Source of the DNA: a virus
Strand: one strand, 5' to 3'
Virus record (IMG/VR): IMGVR_UViG_3300045988_098886
Length of the DNA: 64,000 bases
In this document: piece after piece, positions 57,131 through 64,000 of the stretch
Layout: each line of letters opens with the position of its first letter
Position numbering within the stretch: position 1 is the first letter of the stretch
Notes under the pieces: model-generated
Told to the model about the DNA's origin: nothing
Database searches by the model: none
Seen by the model: only the letters and a program-made list of their open reading frames with translations
Program-made: the position numbers and the translations under genes

Positions 57131-57517
57131 TTAATGTCTTGATGTCCAGCAAATTGAGTCATCTATCGCATCTTCGAGAACTTCACAACAATCTTCGAAA
57201 TGGTCTTCAATTTCTACAAAGTAAATGTCGTCAAATTCATCGATACGAGGCATTATGTACGAATCCACAAATTCATTCCAGTCTTCAGAGCTAAAACAAT
57301 CGTCGTCTGGTTCTTCGATATTGAGGAAGTCACATATTAATTCCCTTTCCCAATAATTGTTACGAATCCATTCTTCACCAACTGCATCAATACTAATACA
57401 CCCGTCTGATGGTAGATTATCATAACGTTCTGCATCTCTCTGATGCATTAGGAATGTTTCAGAAGAGGAGTTCGTGATAATATCGGAGATACTTTGTATT
57501 TTTGTTAAAATTTTCAT
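57131..57517 (-). CDS. paralog 3 of the N-terminal-tag family
   Basis: MKILTKIQSISDIITNSSSETF; the motif is encoded at 57452-57496; the C-terminal region is very acidic. Confidence 0.65.
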   Translation of the reverse strand: MKILTKIQSISDIITNSSSETFLMHQRDAERYDNLPSDGCISIDAVGEEWIRNNYWERELICDFLNIEEPDDDCFSSEDWNEFVDSYIMPRIDEFDDIYFVEIEDHFEDCCEVLEDAIDDSICWTSRH

Positions 57518-57684
57518 ACTTTAATCTTTTTAAATCTACCACATTTTTTACATAAAAAAGTAATTTCTACCCAAGTGGGGCGTTTATCAGTCTCACTCCA
57601 GTATACTTCACTCTCTTTTATTTGTTCCCATTCATGGCAGCATAGGAATTTCTTTTTAAACGCTTCTACTAAGTCTCTAAACAT
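57514..57684 (-). CDS. small zinc-ribbon protein
   Basis: The track start 57705 is GTG; ATG 57684 follows the upstream stop. CCHEW ... CKKCG. Confidence 0.45.
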   Translation of the reverse strand: MFRDLVEAFKKKFLCCHEWEQIKESEVYWSETDKRPTWVEITFLCKKCGRFKKIKV

Positions 57685-57685
57685 A

Positions 57686-58225
57686 TCAATAACGATAATC
57701 AGCACTGTATAGAGTATCTAATGAGTTCAGAGCTTTGGCAGCCATTTCAGCGTCCTCATTGTCTAATCCATCCTTAACTCTGATATTCAGTTCTTCAAGA
57801 GCTGGCATACAGTCATACTCATCGTTATTTTCCTGCACACAGTATTCTTCGTATGTCAGTGCCCCATTTTCAATTGCAACTCTCTTTACTTCATCGAAAA
57901 TATATTCAAGTGCTTTAGACTTATTTTCACTCCAGTCACCCGTATTCCAGCCATCGGAGTAAATTTTTTCAAGAGATTTAGCATAATCATTATCTCCATC
58001 CTTGATATAATTTCTGATGTAGTCATAGTATGCATCCTCCCATCTGTCATCGAACTTAGTGTCGAATACAAATAGGTCAGAGAACATAAGAGTACTTCCT
58101 ACTGATGCAAGTAAAGAATCCACAATATTTCTGATAATACATTCTGCATCATCGTTCAATACTGTAAATGTTTCAGTGGAGCTGTTAGTAATCAAATCTG
58201 TAATAGATTGAATTTTGATTTTCAT
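57686..58225 (-). CDS. paralog 4 of the N-terminal-tag family
   Basis: MKIKIQSITDLITNSSTETF; the motif is encoded at 58166-58210. Confidence 0.65.
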   Translation of the reverse strand: MKIKIQSITDLITNSSTETFTVLNDDAECIIRNIVDSLLASVGSTLMFSDLFVFDTKFDDRWEDAYYDYIRNYIKDGDNDYAKSLEKIYSDGWNTGDWSENKSKALEYIFDEVKRVAIENGALTYEEYCVQENNDEYDCMPALEELNIRVKDGLDNEDAEMAAKALNSLDTLYSADYRY

Positions 58226-58226
58226 T

Positions 58227-58559
58227 TTATCCTAAATGATAACGGTTAATATTTGAATAATCTAGACTTTCTATAAACTCCATTACCCATCCCGGTATGC
58301 TGTTATCTGTTACTGACTCGATGACTAAGTCTCCTCTTTTTATTTTAATGTGTCTGTAAAAATCATAGGTCATATCATTTGATGCTACCCAAGTTTTGTA
58401 CAATTCGCTCGGAACTAATCCGGCAGCGGTTACTACTTCATCAATCAGTTCTTCTATTTCCTGATTTTTACTTTTTTGATTGTGAACTACAAACAACTCA
58501 CTCGAGCTATTTGTTATCACATCTGATATTGACTGCGTCCTCAAGATTACTATCATCAT
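58227..58559 (-). CDS. paralog 5 of the N-terminal-tag family
   Basis: MMIVILRTQSISDVITNSSSELF; the motif is encoded at 58491-58535. Confidence 0.65.
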   Translation of the reverse strand: MMIVILRTQSISDVITNSSSELFVVHNQKSKNQEIEELIDEVVTAAGLVPSELYKTWVASNDMTYDFYRHIKIKRGDLVIESVTDNSIPGWVMEFIESLDYSNINRYHLG

Positions 58560-58683
58560 CTAAAAGTGTTTGTAAGTTATTAATTTCTCTTTGGTGATAG
58601 TCTATTTCGTCCTCTAAATCCATAATTATAAGATTATGTTCAAGGATTTGGCTCTCTATCACTTCTCTCTGTTCATTTGTCAT
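58507..58683 (-). CDS. possible small coiled-coil protein (58 aa, below the ORF-track cutoff)
   Basis: Hand-translated: MTNEQREVIESQILEHNLIIMDLEDEIDYHQREINNLQTLLDDDSNLEDAVNIRCDNK. It fills the 141-nt gap but overlaps the start of paralog 5 by 53 nt. Confidence 0.3.
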   Translation of the reverse strand: MTNEQREVIESQILEHNLIIMDLEDEIDYHQREINNLQTLLDDDSNLEDAVNIRCDNK

Positions 58684-58686
58684 AAC

Positions 58687-58718
58687 AATAAAAAAGGCGA
58701 CTATTGTTTAGTCGCCTT
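58687..58718 (-). terminator. intrinsic terminator overlapping the 3' end of the resolvase-like gene
   Basis: Minus strand AAGGCGACUA-AACAA-UAGUCGCCUU followed by UUUUUAUU. The stop codon TAG lies in the descending arm of the stem. Confidence 0.6.
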
Positions 58719-59096
58719 AATTAGTTCATAGAAATATTCTTTTGTCATAATGACATATTCTCCAATAGAGCCCATGTTGACTTCCTTATTTACCTGATAG
58801 TTATGAAACACTACCAATGGTCTGTCTTTACGAGGGCATCCGGGAATAATGTCTTGATACGAGGGCTTATTCTTAGTACATTTGCATTGCACATAGAATG
58901 GTAACGTGTTTGGAATTGTCTCTGCTATATCTATTTTATCAGCATCAAGGTTTTTCGATTCAGAACGAGAGGACTTCAATCCTTCAAATCCAAGTGCCGT
59001 TAATTCCTTGATAATCTTTAACTCATAATTGTTACCCTTCCTCTTTGCATACGCTCCTGTGTGTTTCTTCTTTGGTTTCTCTTGTTCTTCTGCCAT
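58701..59096 (-). CDS. PD-(D/E)xK endonuclease, Holliday-junction-resolvase (Hjc)-like
   Basis: KRKGNNYELKIIKELTALGFEGLKSSRSES...DADKIDIAE...FYVQCKCT follows the G..E....L...G....R....D.D....ECK layout. Confidence 0.5.
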   Translation of the reverse strand: MAEEQEKPKKKHTGAYAKRKGNNYELKIIKELTALGFEGLKSSRSESKNLDADKIDIAETIPNTLPFYVQCKCTKNKPSYQDIIPGCPRKDRPLVVFHNYQVNKEVNMGSIGEYVIMTKEYFYELIKATKQ

Positions 59097-60081
59097 AATA
59101 ATTTACTCCTTCTTGGATTAATTCCAAGGTTTTTTTGTGTCCATACTTCTTGTGAAAATCTGAAATATCCTTAGCATCATAGCTACGAGGTATCATAAGA
59201 CAGACCAAACCAGTTTCTTTTCTAATCTTTTTCATATTAGAAACACCGGCTAGGTCATTGTCATATAACACACAAATGTGCTCAAATCTACTTTTCAATT
59301 CATCAAAAAGAGTTTGCGGAATAAATAAATTCTCAGAGTTAGGCGCTATGGCAGGTATTCCACACGAATAAAAAGTCATTACGTCTTTCAGTGACTTAGT
59401 AATAACCAACACTTTGCCCTTTTTCGGAAGTTGGTCTAGTCCCTGTATCATTTTAGCAGACCAATTAGAAAGGAATCTATACGACTTGCGTTTAGGAAAA
59501 TAAATTCTCCATAGCTCTAGTCCATCCTTTTTACCTTTATAGTAACCATAAATGGGACTTTGTTCGTTGGAAGAAGCAAAATAATTTCCATTTAAAAAAA
59601 TGGATTTACAAGAATATACCCTAAACTTTCTAAGTATGGGTAATGTGATACCATAAGAAGCCCACCACTCAAGCTCCTTTTGAGAGAAATCTTGCATTTC
59701 AATTTGAATACTGGCTGGTCCAGTCTCCTCAAATTTCTCTGCACGTTCATTAATTTTGCCTTTGTTCTTTTTAAGATTTGGGGAAGATATTAGTCCAAAA
59801 TCATTGGCTATGATTTTCAAGGCCTGATGATATGTACAACTAAATTTCCTCATTACAACGCTAATAAAATTTCCGTAGAAATCTCCCTTAAAGTCATTAA
59901 AGATAACATCTCCAGACTTATTCACATAAAATGAACAAGTCGGATGGTCATCAATTCTTAGAGGCGATTTAAATAATCCCTTCTTAACAGGAATACCCAA
60001 ATAGTATTCCATATAAGTTTCTTGGGAGTATTTAGATAACAAATAGTCTTTTGTGATTGTAGGTTCAATCGTAAATTGCAT
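59032..60081 (-). CDS. DnaG-like (TOPRIM) DNA primase with a degenerate N-terminal zinc-finger region
   Basis: DDHPTCSFYVNKSGDVIFNDFKGDFYGNFISV mimics the CHC2 finger region but lacks most of the Cys residues. TOPRIM-like VLVITKSLKDVM..PNSE and VLYDNDLAG. Confidence 0.55.
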   Translation of the reverse strand: MQFTIEPTITKDYLLSKYSQETYMEYYLGIPVKKGLFKSPLRIDDHPTCSFYVNKSGDVIFNDFKGDFYGNFISVVMRKFSCTYHQALKIIANDFGLISSPNLKKNKGKINERAEKFEETGPASIQIEMQDFSQKELEWWASYGITLPILRKFRVYSCKSIFLNGNYFASSNEQSPIYGYYKGKKDGLELWRIYFPKRKSYRFLSNWSAKMIQGLDQLPKKGKVLVITKSLKDVMTFYSCGIPAIAPNSENLFIPQTLFDELKSRFEHICVLYDNDLAGVSNMKKIRKETGLVCLMIPRSYDAKDISDFHKKYGHKKTLELIQEGVNYYGRRTRETKEETHRSVCKEEG

Positions 60082-60106
60082 ATTAACATATTATTTCATT
60101 GAACCA

Positions 60107-60138
60107 CAAAGATAATAGTTTTAAATCTCAATTCCAAA
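60107..60138 (-). promoter_or_regulatory. Bacteroides-type promoter upstream of the primase gene
   Basis: Minus strand: TTTG (60138-60135), 20 nt, TATCTTTG (60114-60107). The -7 box ends 25 nt before ATG 60081. Confidence 0.6.
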
Positions 60139-60180
60139 TAACTCTTAATAAGATTAGTAAGAGCTAAGAAATGTTAGCTT

Positions 60181-60879
60181 TTACTTTAAAGAATTAAAGT
60201 CGATTTCGTCAACTGATTGAGTATCAGAAGCTGCATCAGCCGCACTGTTCTTTTTCTCAATGGCGTCGACATCAGTTGGTTTCTTAGCCTTCAATTCTTC
60301 TTTTCTCTTTAAATCATATTCAGTAAAGAATAGATTGTCTCCAATAAAGTTATCAGAAACGAACACTTCACCTTGTTTGTTAAGTGCTAAGAAATAAGGA
60401 AGACGAGGTACGAAATTTCCGTCTTTGTCAGTTGCCCCAATCAATTTCAAATTAGTCTCTGTACCATATTTCGGCTTAAGAATTTTGATGAAGTGGTCAC
60501 ACAACTCACCAAAGCTCTTGAATGGTATACCCTTTAATTTTTCAAACTCAGTTGGGTTCATCACTGTACCTACTTGAGCGATAAAGGACATTGTTCTCTC
60601 GAAATTGCTAGGGCTTTCAACTTCGTGTCCTTCTTTGTTCTGTCTTGTGGGTCTTTTATCATCCCCTTCTTTTGGGAAGAAAATGCTTTCTTCGTAATAG
60701 CCTTCGTTGTTCTCGAATCTAACTTTTAGAATTTCATACACAGCATCAGGGTCTTTCTTACCTTTAAGTGTTTCCACCTTAGCTTCTGCGAGCTTAACTC
60801 TATGAATCTCATAAGGTTTCAATCTAGGTTTAGATGTTGATACTGACGGTGTTGCTGAGAGGTTAAAATTTAATTCCAT
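60181..60879 (-). CDS. single-stranded DNA-binding protein (T7 gp2.5-like; tentative)
   Basis: 232 aa within the replication module. The acidic C-terminal tail (AADAASDTQSVDEIDFNSLK) carries an aromatic residue, as in phage SSBs. Confidence 0.45.
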   Translation of the reverse strand: MELNFNLSATPSVSTSKPRLKPYEIHRVKLAEAKVETLKGKKDPDAVYEILKVRFENNEGYYEESIFFPKEGDDKRPTRQNKEGHEVESPSNFERTMSFIAQVGTVMNPTEFEKLKGIPFKSFGELCDHFIKILKPKYGTETNLKLIGATDKDGNFVPRLPYFLALNKQGEVFVSDNFIGDNLFFTEYDLKRKEELKAKKPTDVDAIEKKNSAADAASDTQSVDEIDFNSLK

Positions 60880-60887
60880 ATTGTAGA

Positions 60888-61511
60888 TTATTTTAATGTA
60901 AAGTCAAATGATGTAATAGTATCTTCTTCTACTGAATCATCTTGAATCATATTTGCTAATTGAATATCCAATGGGATATCTTCACTAGGCTCTTCATCTA
61001 CCTTGCTTGTATCAATCTTATCATCCGTTGATTGTGGTTCCTCTGGGGTCTTATCCCCAATAAGCATGAACAATCCATCCTTATGTGCATGGGGAACTAA
61101 CGTAAATTGAGAACCATATTCACTAAGAGTTTCATTAGCTTTACCTCTGCAACTTACAGTTAAAGAGTTAGTCAGCTTATTTCCTCCCTTAGTTCCAAAC
61201 GCTTCATTAGAACCTATCACAGGCTTTAGAAGCTTACCTTGCTTTTCATACTTAATGTCAATTCTATCATCAGGACTAACACCAAGTGCTTCTGCAGCGG
61301 CTTCATTTAATATATACTTATTATCTTCAAGAACAATTAAAGGTTCTTTACTATCTGGAAGGGAAGACTTAGACTTCTTTTTAGAGGTGCTTTTAGTTTC
61401 AGTTTTCTTTGCACCAGTCTCTCCTTCATTTATGATTTCGCGAGAGACGGGAGTATACTCCCCTGTCTCTGGGTCGAAATCGAATACAATCAGCATTTTA
61501 ATCCTCACCAT
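60888..61511 (-). CDS. hypothetical protein with a Lys/Ser-rich linker and an acidic C-terminus
   Basis: ATG 61511 (14-nt overlap) or ATG 61496. YILNEAAAEALGVSPDDRIDIKY is faintly AbrB/SpoVT-like. Confidence 0.5.
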   Translation of the reverse strand: MVRIKMLIVFDFDPETGEYTPVSREIINEGETGAKKTETKSTSKKKSKSSLPDSKEPLIVLEDNKYILNEAAAEALGVSPDDRIDIKYEKQGKLLKPVIGSNEAFGTKGGNKLTNSLTVSCRGKANETLSEYGSQFTLVPHAHKDGLFMLIGDKTPEEPQSTDDKIDTSKVDEEPSEDIPLDIQLANMIQDDSVEEDTITSFDFTLK

Positions 61512-62196
61512 TATATTCCTTAATACGTGAAATTACCATATTTAAATCGTTATCTATCAATAGTTCGTCAAACAATCCCATAGGAGACTTAGCAGTGCAA
61601 GTTCCGTCTGAATTGGTCTTGAACATATACTTAGGCTTATTTTCTTCATCCTTTTCGATTGTAGTGAAAAGTACATAAGTGAACAAACCTTCCAGAGTAA
61701 TAACTGAATCCAACATCTTTCCAAGAGTCTTAATCTTTAGATATTGGTTAACTCTATCTCCAATATTTTCACTATGAGTAGATACCACAATATACAAATC
61801 ATCACGAAGATTCATTGCATTCTTCAATACAGAATAAGCATGTTGTGCCATTTCAGTAAACTTCTCATATCCTTTCTCCTTAGCTCTATCCATAGCTTCA
61901 AACGCCATGAAATATTGGAAGTCATCAATGATAACATATTTAATCCATGTCATTTTACTGTTAATAAGTTTCAACATAGTTGCAACATTATCAACACTAG
62001 TCGTAGTATAAAAGTTTCCTAACTCTTCTGGATTCTTACCAGCAGTATTAAGATTACGATACTTCTTCTTTGCTCCAGGAATACCCGGTCTTTTACCTGT
62101 TGTTGTAATGATAAAGGTTTCTTCTGGATTTAAATTTCTGATTGAAGTAGTCTTTCCAGAACCAGACTCTCCACAAATACAAATCATTTCTGCCAT
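61498..62196 (-). CDS. Sak4-like / AAA_24 RecA-fold ATPase
   Basis: N-terminal Walker A ICICGESGSGKTTS and Walker B-like YVIIDDFQ; about 230 aa, typical of phage Sak4. Confidence 0.55.
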   Translation of the reverse strand: MAEMICICGESGSGKTTSIRNLNPEETFIITTTGKRPGIPGAKKKYRNLNTAGKNPEELGNFYTTTSVDNVATMLKLINSKMTWIKYVIIDDFQYFMAFEAMDRAKEKGYEKFTEMAQHAYSVLKNAMNLRDDLYIVVSTHSENIGDRVNQYLKIKTLGKMLDSVITLEGLFTYVLFTTIEKDEENKPKYMFKTNSDGTCTAKSPMGLFDELLIDNDLNMVISRIKEYNGED

Positions 62197-63296
62197 TATA
62201 GTTTAATACTTATTTGTAAAGGTTTATTTTCTTTGGCATCTATTTTCTTTGGTTGTATCTCTTCATAGGTTTCCTTTACATAGTCGGAAGTTAAATACTT
62301 CCCGTAATCATAGATTTCGTCAGATTTAGGTAACTCCTTCCAGAGTCCACATTTTCCATAGAACGTAGTTCCTACTTCTATGTCTGACTCACCATAACGA
62401 TTCTTCAGAACAGTTATGCTTCTAAATCTAGATTGTAATGTCTTTATATCATAACCCTTGTATTTATTCAGTCTTTCTCTATGTGGATTGAAAATGGAAA
62501 TAATGATTTCGCTATCCTGAGCTGGAGAACCACTATCCTTAATATCTGAGATTTGCATATTATCAAACCCGGCTTTCTTTCTGTCCATTGAGGTAGAATC
62601 TCTATTCGCCTGCATAATGACTAGCGGACTGATTCCACATCTATTTCTCAAAGTAACTAAGTAAGACGAAATTAAATCCATTTCCTCTTTTAGGCTTCTT
62701 CCTTGAGATTTACGAACAAGACTTAAGTGGTCTATTACTACTAAATGAATCAGGTCTTCATTGTCCGGTTCATAAATAGTTCTAGTCTCCGTTTCAATAA
62801 ACTTACCTCTTCCTTCCAGTTCTTTCATTAAAGACGAATACAGGATTTCTGCATTTAAAGCCTTATCATGAACTGTAATAACTTTTTCTACATCATGTAG
62901 CCAAGGTAAAGAGTTAAGGACAAGTTGATAGTTTTCCTCACTTAATGTATATCCCTTTTCTTTGGAAAGTAATTCTTTAGTAGATAATTCAACTCCATAT
63001 TCCTCGAATATGTGCATACATAATAATTTGGCAAACAGCAATTCGCTACTCATTTCCAAACTATAATATGTAACTTTGAATTTATTATCATGTAAGTGTT
63101 CAACCAGTGGTCTATAAATGTAAGAATACAAAGCCAATGAAGTCTTACCAGAGCCAGTTCCACTAAATAACAGAGTATAAGTTCCCTTAGTTACTCCATC
63201 TATAATACTTTCCAACTTGGGCATCCCCATACTTAATCCCCAGTTCTTTCCACTTCTTCCTAATGTGATTTGATGTACTAATGAATTTGTTATCAT
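62196..63296 (-). CDS. DnaB-family replicative helicase (RecA-like core)
   Basis: Walker A LFSGTGSGKTSLAL, Walker B LVVIDHLSLV, later MQANRD and LKNRYGES. Confidence 0.7.
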   Translation of the reverse strand: MITNSLVHQITLGRSGKNWGLSMGMPKLESIIDGVTKGTYTLLFSGTGSGKTSLALYSYIYRPLVEHLHDNKFKVTYYSLEMSSELLFAKLLCMHIFEEYGVELSTKELLSKEKGYTLSEENYQLVLNSLPWLHDVEKVITVHDKALNAEILYSSLMKELEGRGKFIETETRTIYEPDNEDLIHLVVIDHLSLVRKSQGRSLKEEMDLISSYLVTLRNRCGISPLVIMQANRDSTSMDRKKAGFDNMQISDIKDSGSPAQDSEIIISIFNPHRERLNKYKGYDIKTLQSRFRSITVLKNRYGESDIEVGTTFYGKCGLWKELPKSDEIYDYGKYLTSDYVKETYEEIQPKKIDAKENKPLQISIKL

Positions 63297-63913
63297 AGAG
63301 ACCTAATTGCAGAAAAGTTCACGCCATCATAATCTCCATTCATCAGTATTTCTATATCCTTCCATTTCTGGGATATAACAAATTCACAAATACCAAAATT
63401 AATAAAGTTAGTATTTTCTAGTGCCCAGTTCAAACATTCCAAAATGTGTTCATGCTCGGCTGGGTTGTGTCTTATGGATTTACCATAAAACCGGAAGAAA
63501 TCTTCAAGACTGTCAAATTTCTTAGCAATATTACGTAATCCATAGGTTACCCCATTGATGTTCGTAAATGCTGGATAAGCTTCAAATAATTCCTTACCCA
63601 TATCAAAAGAAGCTCTATAAAAAGTCTTTAAGAAGTTTACAGCAAAATCGACTTGTTCAGGATAAAACTGTTCTCCTTTATTGGGAATCTTATAAGACTT
63701 CAATATTATGCCTTTATTTTGTAAAGAGATTAAAGTACTTCTTAAATCTCCTCTCATTTCTTCTGGTATTGCTAAAAATCTAAAAACGTATTCAGGGTTA
63801 TATTCTTCTTTCGCAAGAAGTAAAATTCTAATTGTAAATAGCTCATTTGGAGAAATTTGATACTTCTCTAAAATTGCTAGCTCATTGTCTATTGTTAAAC
63901 TTAATTTATCCAA
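63293..63913 (-). CDS. hypothetical protein upstream of the helicase (possible loader or initiator by position only)
   Basis: The ORF begins with TTG at 63913. The first ATG is 51 codons in, and an in-frame TAA lies 9 codons upstream of the TTG. Confidence 0.45.
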   Translation of the reverse strand: MDKLSLTIDNELAILEKYQISPNELFTIRILLLAKEEYNPEYVFRFLAIPEEMRGDLRSTLISLQNKGIILKSYKIPNKGEQFYPEQVDFAVNFLKTFYRASFDMGKELFEAYPAFTNINGVTYGLRNIAKKFDSLEDFFRFYGKSIRHNPAEHEHILECLNWALENTNFINFGICEFVISQKWKDIEILMNGDYDGVNFSAIRSL

Positions 63914-64000
63914 ACAGTTAAAAATTAAATAAGTAATTTATTAATCTCTAACTGTAATCACTTTAATCTCCTTTCAGAGCGTTATCAATTACATACGGTT

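Noticed and set aside
56748-58535. Reading the five conserved 45-nt tag-coding segments as a DNA-level repeat or recombination site.
   Set aside because: The copies differ at many synonymous positions while the peptide is conserved, so the constraint acts on the protein rather than on the DNA.
60142-60179. Two short hairpins (CTCTTA/TAAGAG and AGCTAA/TTAGCT) downstream of the SSB-like gene, considered as a terminator.
   Set aside because: They have only 6-bp A/T-rich stems and no clear U-tract, which is not distinguishable from chance in AT-rich DNA.
19240-63783. Plus-strand ORFs of 60-171 aa scattered through the minus-strand gene block (for example 19240-19485, 26636-27151, 36203-36577, 54228-54623, 54633-54959, 63568-63783).
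   Set aside because: Each lies fully inside a longer minus-strand ORF that has recognisable motifs or tight translational coupling. Their translations are low-complexity and no promoter-like element precedes them.
14197-63913. ORF-track start codons that are TTG or GTG rather than ATG (14197, 23979, 29820, 31310, 39404, 39890, 43928, 57705).
   Set aside because: In each case an in-frame ATG lies a few codons downstream and sits directly at or after the upstream stop, matching the packing pattern of the rest of the genome. I moved those starts to the ATG. Only 63913 (TTG) was kept, because the next ATG is 51 codons in.
1-64000. Stop-codon reassignment (TAG or TGA recoding), known in some crAss-like lineages.
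   Set aside because: Genes of up to 3290 codons are uninterrupted under the standard code, and all three stop codons are used as terminators at tightly coupled gene junctions, for example TAA-TAG-TGA after the ligase.
1-64000. tRNA, rRNA, CRISPR arrays, integrase or transposase.
   Set aside because: The non-coding gaps are few and short; the longest is 231 nt. None shows cloverleaf-type conserved tRNA boxes or regularly spaced direct repeats, and no ORF shows integrase or transposase motifs. This is a visual inspection only and should be confirmed with tRNAscan-SE/ARAGORN and a CRISPR finder.

Overview
This is an AT-rich 64-kb segment that reads as a crAss-like (Crassvirales-type) phage of a Bacteroidota host. 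That assignment is inferred from gene content and promoter motifs, not from a database search.

Nt 1-18840 (+ strand) is the end of a virion or ejected-protein module with four translationally coupled genes:
- a 5'-truncated ORF;
- a 3290-aa giant protein carrying a DFDID two-barrel RNA-polymerase catalytic motif plus an embedded P-loop module;
- a 1127-aa protein with an HExxH zincin motif;
- a 1541-aa protein with RecB-like PD-(D/E)xK motifs.

A convergent hairpin terminator at 18853-18898 separates this block from about 85 tightly packed minus-strand genes (18903-63913).

The minus-strand block includes:
- Replication and recombination: DnaB-like helicase, Sak4-like ATPase, SSB-like protein, DnaG-like primase, resolvase-like nuclease, RecE-like exonuclease, SF1 helicase, family A DNA polymerase and ATP-dependent DNA ligase.
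- Nucleotide metabolism: NrdD/NrdG, ThyX, dUTPase, dNMP kinase and a 5'-deoxynucleotidase.
- A large accessory set, described next.

The accessory highlights are:
1. A complete nicotinamide-to-NAD+ route (PncA, PncB, NadD, NadE) with Nudix, SLOG-like, NDT-like and phosphoesterase neighbours.
2. Five tandem paralogous genes sharing a strictly conserved N-terminal QS(I/L/V)(S/T)D(I/L/V)ITNSS(S/T)E-x-F tag, next to a radical SAM enzyme and an ADP-ribosylglycohydrolase.
3. An RNA-repair trio (Thg1-like, Pnkp, Rnl).
4. An RlmN/Cfr-like radical SAM methyltransferase.
5. Candidate nucleotide-sponge-like small proteins.

Four intergenic promoters share an identical Bacteroides-type -33 TTTG / -7 TATCTTTG architecture, and three minus-strand intrinsic terminators were found.

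The standard genetic code fits. I found no tRNA, rRNA, CRISPR array, integrase or transposase. All functional calls rest on motifs read by eye, and none was checked against a database.
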